From the NCBI GenBank assembly GCA_963803805.1, contig CAWDOD010000002.1:384001-448000 (forward strand): DNA of 64,000 nucleotides, in the 5' to 3' direction. Below the pieces are notes generated by a model. The model was given only the letters and a program-made list of their open reading frames with translations, was not told the origin of the DNA and did no database searches. Origin of the DNA: an uncultured cyanobacterium. GTDB taxonomy: Bacteria > Cyanobacteriota > Cyanobacteriia > Cyanobacteriales > CAWCAG01. Shown here in pieces: positions 22,168 through 32,541 of the stretch. The translations under genes and the position numbers were made by a program. The stretch's first letter is position 1. The number at the start of each line of letters is the position of its first letter.

Positions 22168-23064
22168 ATGACTAATCTAATTACTCGCTTCAAAGAATTA
22201 TTATATGAACTAGAACAAGATTATTGGGATAGAGGTTTATCTTTAAAGATGGCAATTGCTGCTTGGTGTGACAAACTATCTATTAATGAAACTTCCTCTT
22301 CCTCTATTGCTTATGAAGACATTCAACAATACATCAACGAATGGTTAGGAGATAGTTTAGTTAGAGAATCAGGAAAAGAGATTTATCTGATTATTATCAA
22401 AATCGCCTATAGAGATTTAGATGGCTTTAGAGTAATATCCTCTATAGAGAAATTTTTCTCTTTAAATATAAATAACTTTATTTTAAATAGATTTAATCAA
22501 AACATTCATAAAACAAAGAAAGAAATGTCAAATTCAAACAAACTTATTTTAATAACTGCCTTCGTATTAACAGGAGTAGGTATATTACTATTTCTGTTAA
22601 ATCGCAAAGAGAAAACCAGGGAGAGTCGGTATCTTAATTCTCCAGCTAACTCGCCTTCCCTTCCTGCTTCTGGCATAAAAGAAAAATATATATTAGCGCT
22701 TTTAATCAACAGCGATCGCAACCAAGAATTAATCAACTCATTAAAAGAGAATAATTATCTTAAACAAGAAGATTGTCGTCAACTATATGATGCAACCCAG
22801 GGTTTGTGGATTGGTAAGGAAATCGAGTTTAATAATTCAGTAGTTAAAAGAGAGTTTAATTCTCAAGTTAGTCTAGAAGACGAGTATGATTGCCACTTCG
22901 TTAAGATAGAACTTGATGAAAATGATACTCGGTTTAATAAAAATGCTAATCCTATGGATCGTCGAGATGCTTTCATCGCCTTAGCTAATAAATCTCCTCA
23001 AGTTACAGTTTCTCCCCGCCTCTCCTCTCAAGCTTATGAAAACACAGAATTTTATAATCGCTAA
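22168..23064 (+). CDS. Hypothetical protein with a central TM helix, gene 2 of the dynamin operon
   Basis: Starts 4 bp after the dynamin stop; TM 'LILITAFVLTGVGILLFLL' followed by a basic stretch. Confidence 0.7.
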   Translation: MTNLITRFKELLYELEQDYWDRGLSLKMAIAAWCDKLSINETSSSSIAYEDIQQYINEWLGDSLVRESGKEIYLIIIKIAYRDLDGFRVISSIEKFFSLNINNFILNRFNQNIHKTKKEMSNSNKLILITAFVLTGVGILLFLLNRKEKTRESRYLNSPANSPSLPASGIKEKYILALLINSDRNQELINSLKENNYLKQEDCRQLYDATQGLWIGKEIEFNNSVVKREFNSQVSLEDEYDCHFVKIELDENDTRFNKNANPMDRRDAFIALANKSPQVTVSPRLSSQAYENTEFYNR

Positions 23065-23079
23065 CCTCAAACTCTACCT

Positions 23080-24318
23080 ATGTTAATTAACTCTCTTTTC
23101 CTTATCAAAGATACTGCCATAATCCAAGGCTTATTAAACGGAAGCTTAACTAGATATGGTGGCGTAGTTAGAGATGCTGCCACAGGACAAATTGTCCGTC
23201 ATTTAGCAGAATCTCCCTCTTTAACTAACAACTTAATGTCCCTAACAGCGAATCCTCTTTTAGGAAGCGCCTCCTTAGTAACTAATGCTGTCGGGCAGGG
23301 CATTACTATTAACAAACTCAACCAAGTGCAACAAAGCCTAAACTCCATATTAGGTTTATCGCAAATTGCAGCCGGGGCTAGTATTCTCAATGTTGGAATT
23401 AGTGTAGCTGGGTTTGCTTATATGGGTTATAAACTCAACCAAATGCAGACTAGCTTAAACCAACTACAACAATCAATGGAGTCAGGTTTTAAAAATATAG
23501 AAGATCGCTTAAATTCCCTCTCCGGGCAACTAGCCTATCTCCATTTATTAGTAGAAGAAAACCGCCAAGGGCAAATACATCTTTCCCAAGCTATAAACCA
23601 ACTCCATCGCACCATCTTAATCACCCAAATAGCGGAATTACAGGCTGAATTAATAGAAAAAAGTCGCTTCCCCAAAACTCCTATTCAACCAGCCTTAAAA
23701 GTAGCTTCCAAAGTTCGCCTGATCATGTCAGATCAAGCTTTACAAATAGTACCCCAGTTAGAACCAGAAAAGATGTTATTAGCTGACGTTGCTACCCAAG
23801 GTTGGGCAGTAGCAACAGCAACAGAAGCATACTTGTTATTAGAAGTCGGCAAATTTGACGAGGTACAAAGCTTACTAAGTTTTGAAGTTCCCAGATTTAA
23901 AGAAAATGCTCAAAATTGGGCAAATAACCTTTTAAACCAAGAACGTCCCGAATTAAACACCGCCTATCGTTTCACTGCCCCAAGGTTCAAAAGCCATATT
24001 AGCCAAGAACGAATAACCAGAATTGCCAACCTGATTAAAGATGATGCCAACCTATCCCTAGAAAAAAGACAACAAAAACAGGATCAAATTGCTGTGGAGT
24101 TTCAAATGTCCTATGCCTCTCAATTTGAGCAAAAATGGACACATAAACAAGTTGCGATCGCCGAATATTTAGATACCCTCAGTGAACTCTCCGCTAGATT
24201 GGAAAGTTTGCAAGGCTTTACTTCTCTATGTCAGCAAGGCGAAGTTAAAAGTAGTCTCGATCTTTTACCTACCCAACAAGCAGAGAAAGGTTGGTATAGT
24301 TTGTGTCCTAGTTCCTAA
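23080..24318 (+). CDS. Hypothetical protein with a Gly/Ala-rich hydrophobic segment and coiled coil, gene 3 of the dynamin operon
   Basis: Starts 15 bp after gene 2; 'YGGVVRDAATGQIVRHL', 'LSQIAAGASILNVGISVAGFAYM', Gln/Leu heptads. Confidence 0.75.
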   Translation: MLINSLFLIKDTAIIQGLLNGSLTRYGGVVRDAATGQIVRHLAESPSLTNNLMSLTANPLLGSASLVTNAVGQGITINKLNQVQQSLNSILGLSQIAAGASILNVGISVAGFAYMGYKLNQMQTSLNQLQQSMESGFKNIEDRLNSLSGQLAYLHLLVEENRQGQIHLSQAINQLHRTILITQIAELQAELIEKSRFPKTPIQPALKVASKVRLIMSDQALQIVPQLEPEKMLLADVATQGWAVATATEAYLLLEVGKFDEVQSLLSFEVPRFKENAQNWANNLLNQERPELNTAYRFTAPRFKSHISQERITRIANLIKDDANLSLEKRQQKQDQIAVEFQMSYASQFEQKWTHKQVAIAEYLDTLSELSARLESLQGFTSLCQQGEVKSSLDLLPTQQAEKGWYSLCPSS

Positions 24319-24375
24319 ATTGTCGGGATTTTGGCTAAAGAATTATCCCAGAGTAAAAAAGTTTTTAAAAACCGC

Positions 24376-24435
24376 TTTTAAGGGCGCACCTTTTCCACCA
24401 TATACATAATATCATGTCAAGGAAGAAAAATGCAA
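24376..24435 (-). repeat. 60-bp inverted repeat, right copy
   Basis: TTTTAAGGGCGCACCTTTTCCACCATATACATAATATCATGTCAAGGAAGAAAAATGCAA. Confidence 0.95.
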
Positions 24436-24495
24436 GACTTTTAAGGACAAAAAGCAATCCCCCTCACCACCCCATCAATAACCAACCTTTAACTA

Positions 24496-25185
24496 TCAAC
24501 TTTTACGAGTCGCTTCGATCAGACGAGAATAATAGAAACTTGTACTAGTCATCCCATTACCATTGGGGAGAAAACCCTGATCTTCTAAGATCTTAATAAT
24601 ATCGGCTTCGCGATGTTGATAGGCACGGGTAGCTTTACTGGGGCCAGGAAAAAAATCTCCTACCTTTTTCAAAACCGTTAAACCTAAAGTCTTGGGGGCA
24701 AAGCTAAGAATCAGGCGAGACTCAGCCAAGGAAGCAAGATGACTAATCATCTCTGCGGCTTTAGCTTGGGGGTAGTGGATTAACACATCTAAACAAACAA
24801 CCGTGTGGTATTTCCCTGTCAATGCTTCTAAATCTTTAACAGCAAAAGTAGGATTATTTTTGCTTCCCAAAGCTGCTTCCGCCCGTTTCTGGGCTTCCCC
24901 AACCATTTTCTGGGAAATATCACTAGAAAAAACCTTAGCACCTGCTTGGGCAAGGGGAATACTGAGACTACCCACACCACAACCAGCATCGCAGATTGTT
25001 ATGTGGTTCAAGTTACCATCTGCTTGCAACCAAGATAAAACTGTATCAACGGTTTGTTGATGCCCTGTGCGAATATCCTGCTGAACTTTATTAACTTCTC
25101 CATTGCCATAGATCCTACGCCAACGGTCAAAACCCGTGGCATTAAAGTATTCTGTAACAATAGCTTTATCGTCAACTGCATTCAT
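24496..25185 (-). CDS. chlM: Mg-protoporphyrin IX methyltransferase
   Basis: 'YFNATGFDRWRRIYG', SAM motif DAGCGVG, 'CLDVLIHYP', 'PGPSKATRAY'. Confidence 0.95.
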   Translation of the reverse strand: MNAVDDKAIVTEYFNATGFDRWRRIYGNGEVNKVQQDIRTGHQQTVDTVLSWLQADGNLNHITICDAGCGVGSLSIPLAQAGAKVFSSDISQKMVGEAQKRAEAALGSKNNPTFAVKDLEALTGKYHTVVCLDVLIHYPQAKAAEMISHLASLAESRLILSFAPKTLGLTVLKKVGDFFPGPSKATRAYQHREADIIKILEDQGFLPNGNGMTSTSFYYSRLIEATRKS

Positions 25186-25249
25186 AAAAATTAAATCTTA
25201 AAATTTCGCTCTAAGATAAATACCATACCAGTTATTGGCTCTAAAGCAG

Positions 25250-26992
25250 CTAATCAAAAGTTAAACTTTTATCACTCATAAGTAATTCTTCAAATTCCCC
25301 GGCAGTAAGGGGATGACTAAATAAAAATCCTTGGATTTCATCGCAGTTATTTTGACGTAGAAAATTGAGTTCTGCTTCAATTTCCACACCTTCAGCAATA
25401 ACCTTAAAATTCAAACTACGAGCCATTTGTAAAATAGCATTTGTAATCGCTGCATTTTTGGTATTTTCTTGAATATTATGGATAAAACAGCGATCTATTT
25501 TGAGAATATCAAAGGGAAATTGTTGTAAATAACTCAAAGAAGAATACCCTGTTCCAAAATCATCAATTGCGATTTTAATACCTAAAATTTTGAGAGCATT
25601 CAATTTACTTCTGGCTACAGTAATATTTTCAACCAGGATACTTTCAGTTAATTCTAGCTCTAAATATTGAGGATCTAGTCCAGTCTCTAAGAGTATTTTG
25701 AGCAAATTTTGACGTAACTCTGGCTGAGAAAATTGACGACCTGATAAATTAACAGCAATTAACAAAGGTTCTGTGTTTGTTAAAGAATGCCAAATTTTAC
25801 CTTGGTGACAAGCTTTACTTAATACCCATTCTCCAATGGGTATAATTAAACCTGTTTCTTCTGCTAAGGGGATAAATTTACTAGGAGAAATCAAACCTTG
25901 ATCGGGACTATTCCAACGTAATAAGGCTTCAGCCCCAGTTATCTTGCCAGTTTTCAAGCTAATACGAGGTTGATAATAAACTTGTAATTCCTCTTTTTCT
26001 AATGCTTGCCTCAATCTATTTTCTAAAGATAAAATATCTGCTTTATAATCACCAAAAGTTGCTTCAAAAAACTGATATTGGTTTCCTCCTTGGCTAACAG
26101 CAGAATCCATAGCTAATTGTGAGCGTTTTAGCAAATCTTCCAAGCTGGTTTGACATGGAAAAGAAAAAGCAATACCAATACTAGCAGTAGCAAAAACTTC
26201 TTTGCCGTTAAGTATAAAAGATTGATTAATAATTTCTAAAACTTTTTTAGCAACCTCTGCTACAACTTCTTTTCCTGTAGTTGCTCCTAACATAATAATA
26301 AATCGATTAGGATTTAGATAGGTAACAGCATCATCATTTCCTTTGAAATGTAACTGTAAACGTTTAGCAACTGATTGAAGAAGTAAATCTCCATAATCAT
26401 GGCCTAAAGTTTCATTAATTCTATTCAGTCGATCAAGGCGTAAACAAATGACAGAAATAACCTGCTGGTTATCTGTAATTGATGAATAATTATTAGTGAG
26501 GGTAGTAAATTTCTCCCTAAGAGATAAACGGTTAGGTAATCCAGTAATACTATCGTGATAAATTAGATAATTAAGCTTTTCTTCTGCTTGTCTTAACTGG
26601 GAACTGTAGCATTCTTGCACTAATGCTGACTTTTCTAGTTGGGTTTGAATTGCTCCTAGCAATTCCGCCCTTGTAAAAGGTTTAGTCAAGTAATCATAAG
26701 CCCCTAGTTGCATTCCTTTACGGAAGTCTGCTCTAGTTGCTTTAGCACTTAAAAAAATAAAAGGTACTGTGGCTATTTGCAAATTTTTCCGCAATAAATG
26801 CAAAACCTGATAACCATCAACTTCTGGCATCATCACATCACAAATAATTAAGTTGGGTAATTCTTTTTGAGCAACTTCAACACCTTGGCGACCATTTGCA
26901 GCCCAAACAGTTTGGAAACCTTCCACTTCTAATAGTTCAAGGATATTATCTCTAACTAACTTTTCGTCTTCAATTACAAGAATCTTGATCAT
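25250..26992 (-). CDS. REC-GGDEF(degenerate)-EAL protein, probable c-di-GMP phosphodiesterase
   Basis: Receiver domain; GGDEF site replaced by 'NPNRF'; intact EAL and DDFGTGYSS. Confidence 0.88.
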   Translation of the reverse strand: MIKILVIEDEKLVRDNILELLEVEGFQTVWAANGRQGVEVAQKELPNLIICDVMMPEVDGYQVLHLLRKNLQIATVPFIFLSAKATRADFRKGMQLGAYDYLTKPFTRAELLGAIQTQLEKSALVQECYSSQLRQAEEKLNYLIYHDSITGLPNRLSLREKFTTLTNNYSSITDNQQVISVICLRLDRLNRINETLGHDYGDLLLQSVAKRLQLHFKGNDDAVTYLNPNRFIIMLGATTGKEVVAEVAKKVLEIINQSFILNGKEVFATASIGIAFSFPCQTSLEDLLKRSQLAMDSAVSQGGNQYQFFEATFGDYKADILSLENRLRQALEKEELQVYYQPRISLKTGKITGAEALLRWNSPDQGLISPSKFIPLAEETGLIIPIGEWVLSKACHQGKIWHSLTNTEPLLIAVNLSGRQFSQPELRQNLLKILLETGLDPQYLELELTESILVENITVARSKLNALKILGIKIAIDDFGTGYSSLSYLQQFPFDILKIDRCFIHNIQENTKNAAITNAILQMARSLNFKVIAEGVEIEAELNFLRQNNCDEIQGFLFSHPLTAGEFEELLMSDKSLTFD

Positions 26993-27016
26993 TAGTGATT
27001 CCCACTCAATAAGTTG

Positions 27017-29743
27017 TTAATAATAACCTCGAGGCAAAAGTGTTGTGAAGGTTGTACCTTTACCAACTTCGCTGACAAATTTGATTTCCCCACCATGAAC
27101 TTCTACACATTTTTTCACAATGGCTAATCCTAAGCCCGTACCGGGAATGTTGGTAACATTATTGCCGCGATGAAAAGATTCAAATAAATGGACTTGATCT
27201 TCAGGGGGAATGCCAATACCACTATCTTGGATTTGTAAGGCAATTGAGTCTCCTAAACAAGCCAAAGAAAACTTGATAGTACTATCTTCTGAAGAATATT
27301 TAATAGCATTAGAAAGGAGATTGGTGAGAATATGCCGTAGTAGTTTTTTATCTAAATAAGGATTACTTCCCTGCCATTGATTAACAAAATCAATTTTATA
27401 GTTATGAAGATGATTCAGTTGCATCTCTTCAACAATTTCTTGGCAAAAACCAACTAAATCAACAATTTCCGGCTTGAATTCTAGTTTATCTGCTTCGGAT
27501 TTACCAATAATGAGAATACTATTTAATAATTCTGTCATTTGCTGGACAGAAGTTTGAATACGATGATAGTGGGTAAGCTGTCTTTCTTGAGATAATTGCT
27601 GGTGGTAATGTTCTAACAATTCAGCCGAAGAAAAAATTGTACTCAATGGAGTACGAAATTCATGAGAAGCCATGGAAATAAAGCGTGATTTTAATTCTAC
27701 TAATTCTTTTTCTTTCGCTAAGGCTTGACGTAATTCTTCCTCTACTCTTTTACGTTCAGTAATGTCACGATACATCCAAAGATGACCTTCATAATTATCA
27801 CCAATGAAAATTGGCACATAGTCTCTTTCTAAAGTTCTGCCATCTTTTAGTGATAATTCCTCATTGGTTACTACTTGCTTTTTACTAACAATCTGCTGAT
27901 TCTTTTCTAAGAAATAGTAAGAATCTTCAAACAAATGCTGATTAGTTCGTGGGAAATTTGAAAGATCTTCCCCAGTTAATAACTCTGGATAATTAGGGAT
28001 ATTAAATAGTTGACAGAAAAGCTCATTAGTTAAAATGACTTTTCCATATCTATCTTTAAATAAGACACCGAACTGTAAATTTTTAATCAAAGCACTTAAG
28101 CGAGAAGTTGTGGCCCTTAATTTCTCTTCTGCTTGTTTGCGTTTGGTAATATTTTCCACCATTCCTAAACCATAACGCCACTGACTATTATTGTCGCCAA
28201 TGTAACCACAAGTTTGTTTAACCCAAATAACTTCTCCGTTTTTATTAATGTAGCGTTTTTCTAATTGATAATTATTAATCTCTCTTTGATGGAATTTTTC
28301 TAAGTAAGGTATTTCTTCAGCTACATCTTCAGGATGATTGATTGTCAAAAAAGTAAATTGTTCTAACTCTTCTGGAGTATAACCAACTAACTCACAAAAA
28401 GCAGGATTAACTTGAACAAATTTTCCCTCAAAATCGTAGAGGGCCATACCAATAGGTGCATCTTGAAAAACGCGGCGGAATTTTTCTTCACTTTTAGCTA
28501 ACTCTTTAGTCAATGCTTGCCGTGCTTTAGTTTCTGCTTGAAGCTTTTCTAAAGATTGTTTTAAAGCTGCTGTTCTTTCTTCAACTCTTACTTCTAAAAC
28601 CTCATAACTTTCCCTCAATGCTTCTTCAGCTTTTTTACGCTGTGTAATATCAGTAGCAACGCAAATTACTTGATTAACCTGACCACGAGGAGAAAACAAA
28701 GGTCTTTTAATAGTTTGTAGATAAATCTTCTCTCCTTGAGAATTTGTCACCATTTCTTCAGGAATAAATTTAGCTTTCAAACTACTAATAACCTCTCGAT
28801 CAGCCGCAACAAAACCAGCCACTTCTTGAGCATTATCGTTAAAGTCAGCATCAGTTTTGCCGACCAAATCATCAACTGTAGTACCATAAACTTCTGCTAA
28901 AGCTTGGTTGCCCAGGGTAAATCTTCCCTCCCAATCTTTAACAAAAATCAAGTTAGGATTAGTATCAACAATGCTGTGGAGAAATTCTTTTTGCGCCCGT
29001 AAATCGGCTTCAGCTTGCTTACGTTTAGTAATATCAATACCTACCGATACCACCGCTCTATTTTGATTATATTTTTGAGCAGCAATGACATAACTTCTCG
29101 AATCATTACCTACCTCTGCTTTAACAACTTCGCTGATGGTTTGCTCCTCAGTTTGGAGAAACTTGTGCATAAATTGCACAAATTCTGGACTATTTCTCAA
29201 AAAACCCAATTCCTGCCCTACAAAGTCATTAGGAGTTAGGTTTAAAGTCTGAGCAAGATGGCAGTTAACACCCAGATAATGCCCTTCTGCATCCATCCAA
29301 GATACAAAACCTGGTACTGTATCAATAATAGCCCTAAGTCTATCTTTAGCTTCTTTTAAGTCATTGAGAGCTTGTTTGCGTTTGGTAATATCGTTAAAGC
29401 TGCTAATTAAACAAGTTTTCCCAGCAAATTCAGTGGTTTCTACTGAAAGGGATACTTCGCGAATTTCTCCACTTTTGGTACGTAACTGAGTTTCTAAATT
29501 TTCAACGGAACCATGGGAATGAAGCAGCGATCGCATATTTTGGTATTGCTGGTTATCAAACCAAATCCCTAATTGTTCCACAGTCAAGCCAATGACTTCT
29601 TGCCTTTTATAGCCTAGTAGTTTAAGGAAATTGGTATTAACTTCTAAAAAACTATCTTCCTGGCTACAACTAATACTAATAGCTACGGGGGCTGCGAGAA
29701 AAACTCGACGAAATCGGCATTCACTTAATTGTGCAGGTTCCAT
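27017..29743 (-). CDS. Multi-PAS sensor histidine kinase
   Basis: PAS repeats, SHEFRTPL, NLLSNAIKYS, GTGLGL; 24 bp upstream of the EAL regulator. Confidence 0.9.
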   Translation of the reverse strand: MEPAQLSECRFRRVFLAAPVAISISCSQEDSFLEVNTNFLKLLGYKRQEVIGLTVEQLGIWFDNQQYQNMRSLLHSHGSVENLETQLRTKSGEIREVSLSVETTEFAGKTCLISSFNDITKRKQALNDLKEAKDRLRAIIDTVPGFVSWMDAEGHYLGVNCHLAQTLNLTPNDFVGQELGFLRNSPEFVQFMHKFLQTEEQTISEVVKAEVGNDSRSYVIAAQKYNQNRAVVSVGIDITKRKQAEADLRAQKEFLHSIVDTNPNLIFVKDWEGRFTLGNQALAEVYGTTVDDLVGKTDADFNDNAQEVAGFVAADREVISSLKAKFIPEEMVTNSQGEKIYLQTIKRPLFSPRGQVNQVICVATDITQRKKAEEALRESYEVLEVRVEERTAALKQSLEKLQAETKARQALTKELAKSEEKFRRVFQDAPIGMALYDFEGKFVQVNPAFCELVGYTPEELEQFTFLTINHPEDVAEEIPYLEKFHQREINNYQLEKRYINKNGEVIWVKQTCGYIGDNNSQWRYGLGMVENITKRKQAEEKLRATTSRLSALIKNLQFGVLFKDRYGKVILTNELFCQLFNIPNYPELLTGEDLSNFPRTNQHLFEDSYYFLEKNQQIVSKKQVVTNEELSLKDGRTLERDYVPIFIGDNYEGHLWMYRDITERKRVEEELRQALAKEKELVELKSRFISMASHEFRTPLSTIFSSAELLEHYHQQLSQERQLTHYHRIQTSVQQMTELLNSILIIGKSEADKLEFKPEIVDLVGFCQEIVEEMQLNHLHNYKIDFVNQWQGSNPYLDKKLLRHILTNLLSNAIKYSSEDSTIKFSLACLGDSIALQIQDSGIGIPPEDQVHLFESFHRGNNVTNIPGTGLGLAIVKKCVEVHGGEIKFVSEVGKGTTFTTLLPRGYY

Positions 29744-29881
29744 GATTAAAAAAAGAAACTAAGAGTATGCTAGTATACAGCACTAATTTTTTATACAGGT
29801 ATGGTTCTAGGACTTCCAGAATTTTTAAAAGAATTTAGCAACAAGTATAAATAAACCAATAACTAAATTATTGATTACTGA

Positions 29882-31066
29882 TTATTGACCATTGAAAAGA
29901 TAGCCAATCACCGCCCCCCCCAAAACTAGCCAAGCAGCATTTAATTTAAAGCGTAGTAGCAAAATAGTTGCTGTGGCTGCGATTCCAATTGCTACAAGAT
30001 CAATAGGAAAGTTAGCTGTAGACTGCACCAGAGTGGCTTGAATTAATTTTAAGGTAACAACTAGCATCAACGCCAGAGAACTTACATTCACCGCATCTAA
30101 AAAAGTAGATGTCCAGGGAGACTCGCGTAATTTGCTAATAAGCGGATTAAGAGCAACAACAAAAATAAAAGAAGGTAAAAATATACCCAAAGTAGCGACA
30201 ATTGCCCCAGGAAATCCCGAAATTAAATAACCAATAAAGGTAGAGGTAGAAAGTACAGGACCAGGAGTAAACTGACCAATAGCTATGGCATCTAAAAGTT
30301 GTTGCCCAGAAAGCCAATGGTATTTGTTAACTACTTCTCCTTCCAAAAAGGCTATCAAGACATAACCACTACCAAACAAAACACTTCCCACCTTGAGAAA
30401 AAACAAACCTAGTTGCCACAGGGGGGGAGTAACCAAAGAATTTACTTGGGCTGCAACGGCTTTGATTATAGTACCCCCCATTAAACTACCAATCACTATC
30501 TCAACTGTAGAGTTAGGAGGTTGTTTTTTATCGACTGTTAACTGTAACCAAACTCCCCCCACTACTCCCCCAATCAATAAAGAAACTACTTCATTAAGCC
30601 CCAGGAGTAATAAAGGTACAACTCCCAAACCAATTAGTAAAAGTTGGTAACTCTTCACAGCTTTTTTTCCTAAACGCCACAAAGCCCCCAGAATTACTGC
30701 TAACACAGCAGGTTTAATGCCATAAAGTAAAGGTGCAAGCTGAGGTAAAGTACCAAATGCCTGATATAGCCAAGCCAAAATAGCCGTAATAGTTACCGCC
30801 GGGAAAATAAAGCAAATTCCTGCTACCACTAACCCTGGTAAACCGGCATAAAGATAACCAACATGAATAGCCATTTCTGTAGAGTTAGGCCCCGGAATTA
30901 AGTTAGTTGCCCCAACTAAATCTAAAAACTGCGATCGCCTCAACCACTCACGACGGCTAACCACTTCCTCTTCCATCATGGCTATATGAGCCGCCGGTCC
31001 TCCGAAACCAATAATACCTAACTTCAAGAATAATGTTGCTAATTCTCTGAGGCGAGGGTTGGACAT
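29882..31066 (-). CDS. chrA: Chromate efflux transporter (CHR family)
   Basis: Duplicated halves 'FLKLGIIGFGGP...PGP' and 'FLKVGSVLFGSG...GQFTPGP'. Confidence 0.92.
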   Translation of the reverse strand: MSNPRLRELATLFLKLGIIGFGGPAAHIAMMEEEVVSRREWLRRSQFLDLVGATNLIPGPNSTEMAIHVGYLYAGLPGLVVAGICFIFPAVTITAILAWLYQAFGTLPQLAPLLYGIKPAVLAVILGALWRLGKKAVKSYQLLLIGLGVVPLLLLGLNEVVSLLIGGVVGGVWLQLTVDKKQPPNSTVEIVIGSLMGGTIIKAVAAQVNSLVTPPLWQLGLFFLKVGSVLFGSGYVLIAFLEGEVVNKYHWLSGQQLLDAIAIGQFTPGPVLSTSTFIGYLISGFPGAIVATLGIFLPSFIFVVALNPLISKLRESPWTSTFLDAVNVSSLALMLVVTLKLIQATLVQSTANFPIDLVAIGIAATATILLLRFKLNAAWLVLGGAVIGYLFNGQ

Positions 31067-31424
31067 AGTTTTTATGATTAGTGATGCTAAGGATTAATTA
31101 TTGCATTCTCAGTTTGCAACATTAAGTAGTGGTTAATAGCTAATCCCAAACCAGCAAATCTTTCTCTTTGTTACGTATTTGTAGACGATCTCACGCAGGA
31201 ATGTTATAAATGACCCGAAGTCTGACATAATTAATATCCAGATTAATATCCATTTTCAGGGAACACCCATCTCCAAGATTAATACTCAATTGCTAACACC
31301 TTCAAGGTGAAATTGCTGAGGATATTAATCGATTTGTCAAGATATCTCAAGTCATTAAAATACAACTTCAGGGAATCAATTGCATCTAATTTGCCGTTAG
31401 TTATTTTCTAGAGGTTAGTTCTTT

Positions 31425-32390
31425 ATGGCAGCATTTACTGTAGCTATTCGCGCTTGTAACGGAGAAAAGTACTTACCACTTATCTTGGATAAACTAAAAG
31501 ACCAGATAAATACAGAGAATATTGATTGGGAAATAGTTATTGTTGATAATAAAAGTACAGACAATACAGCCAAGATTGTCAAAGAATATCAGTTAAACTG
31601 GTCAAAACCATATCTCCTTAAATATTACTTTGAAGCAGAACAAAGTGCCTTTCTAGCCAGAAAGCGAGCCATAAAAGAAGCTAGAGGAGATTTAATTGGT
31701 TTCCTTGATGATGATAATATACCTGCCTCCAACTGGGTAGAAGAAGCTTATTCTTTTGGCCAATCCCATCCCCAAGTAGCCGCTTATGGTAGTCAAATTC
31801 ATGGTGAATATGAAATTGAACCGCCACCAAACTTTGAGAGAATTGCGGGTTTTATACCAATCATAGAACGCCCGGAAGCAATTTGCTTCAATCACTATTT
31901 ATACGGCAAAAAAGGATTATTGCCACCAGGAGCTGGACTAGTTATCAGGAAAAAAGTCTGGCTAAAATATGTACCAGAAAAACTTCATTTCCAAGGTCCA
32001 GTTGGCAAATCTTTAGGGGCAAAAGGAGAAGATATTGAAGCCTTAATACATATAAAGAAAGCAGGAAAAGAAATTTGGTATAACCCCAAAATGGCAATAT
32101 TTCATCAAATACCTAAAACTCGATTTGACAGAGAATATCTCAAGCAATTTTTCCGAGGCATTGGCTTAGGGCGCTATTATCTGAGGATGTTAAGATATAA
32201 GCCTTGGGAACGTCCTTTTATGATTTCTCTATACCTTATAAATGACTTGCGTAAACTGATATTTCACTTAATCAAGTATCGAAAAGTATTAGCTACAGAT
32301 GTTGTTGCGTCGGGAGAAATGGAATTATATTTAAGTACCTTAATTAGTCCATTTTTAGCTTGGCAAAAAATAGCTTTTGCCAAAAAATAA
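31425..32390 (+). CDS. Family 2 glycosyltransferase, HpsE-like
   Basis: 'VDNKSTD', 'FLDDD', 'LLPPGAGL', 'GEDIE'. Confidence 0.8.
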   Translation: MAAFTVAIRACNGEKYLPLILDKLKDQINTENIDWEIVIVDNKSTDNTAKIVKEYQLNWSKPYLLKYYFEAEQSAFLARKRAIKEARGDLIGFLDDDNIPASNWVEEAYSFGQSHPQVAAYGSQIHGEYEIEPPPNFERIAGFIPIIERPEAICFNHYLYGKKGLLPPGAGLVIRKKVWLKYVPEKLHFQGPVGKSLGAKGEDIEALIHIKKAGKEIWYNPKMAIFHQIPKTRFDREYLKQFFRGIGLGRYYLRMLRYKPWERPFMISLYLINDLRKLIFHLIKYRKVLATDVVASGEMELYLSTLISPFLAWQKIAFAKK

Positions 32391-32541
32391 GGATGTTTTG
32401 AAAATGAGAAAACTTAACGATTTATAATTTTGATTATAAATATTCAGATTTGGGTAGATTTAAGTAACCAAGGAAAACGAGTCGGCATTGTGGATGTACC
32501 TAGAGCGTCTCTAACCAAAAACATCAGATGCGATCGCCAGA

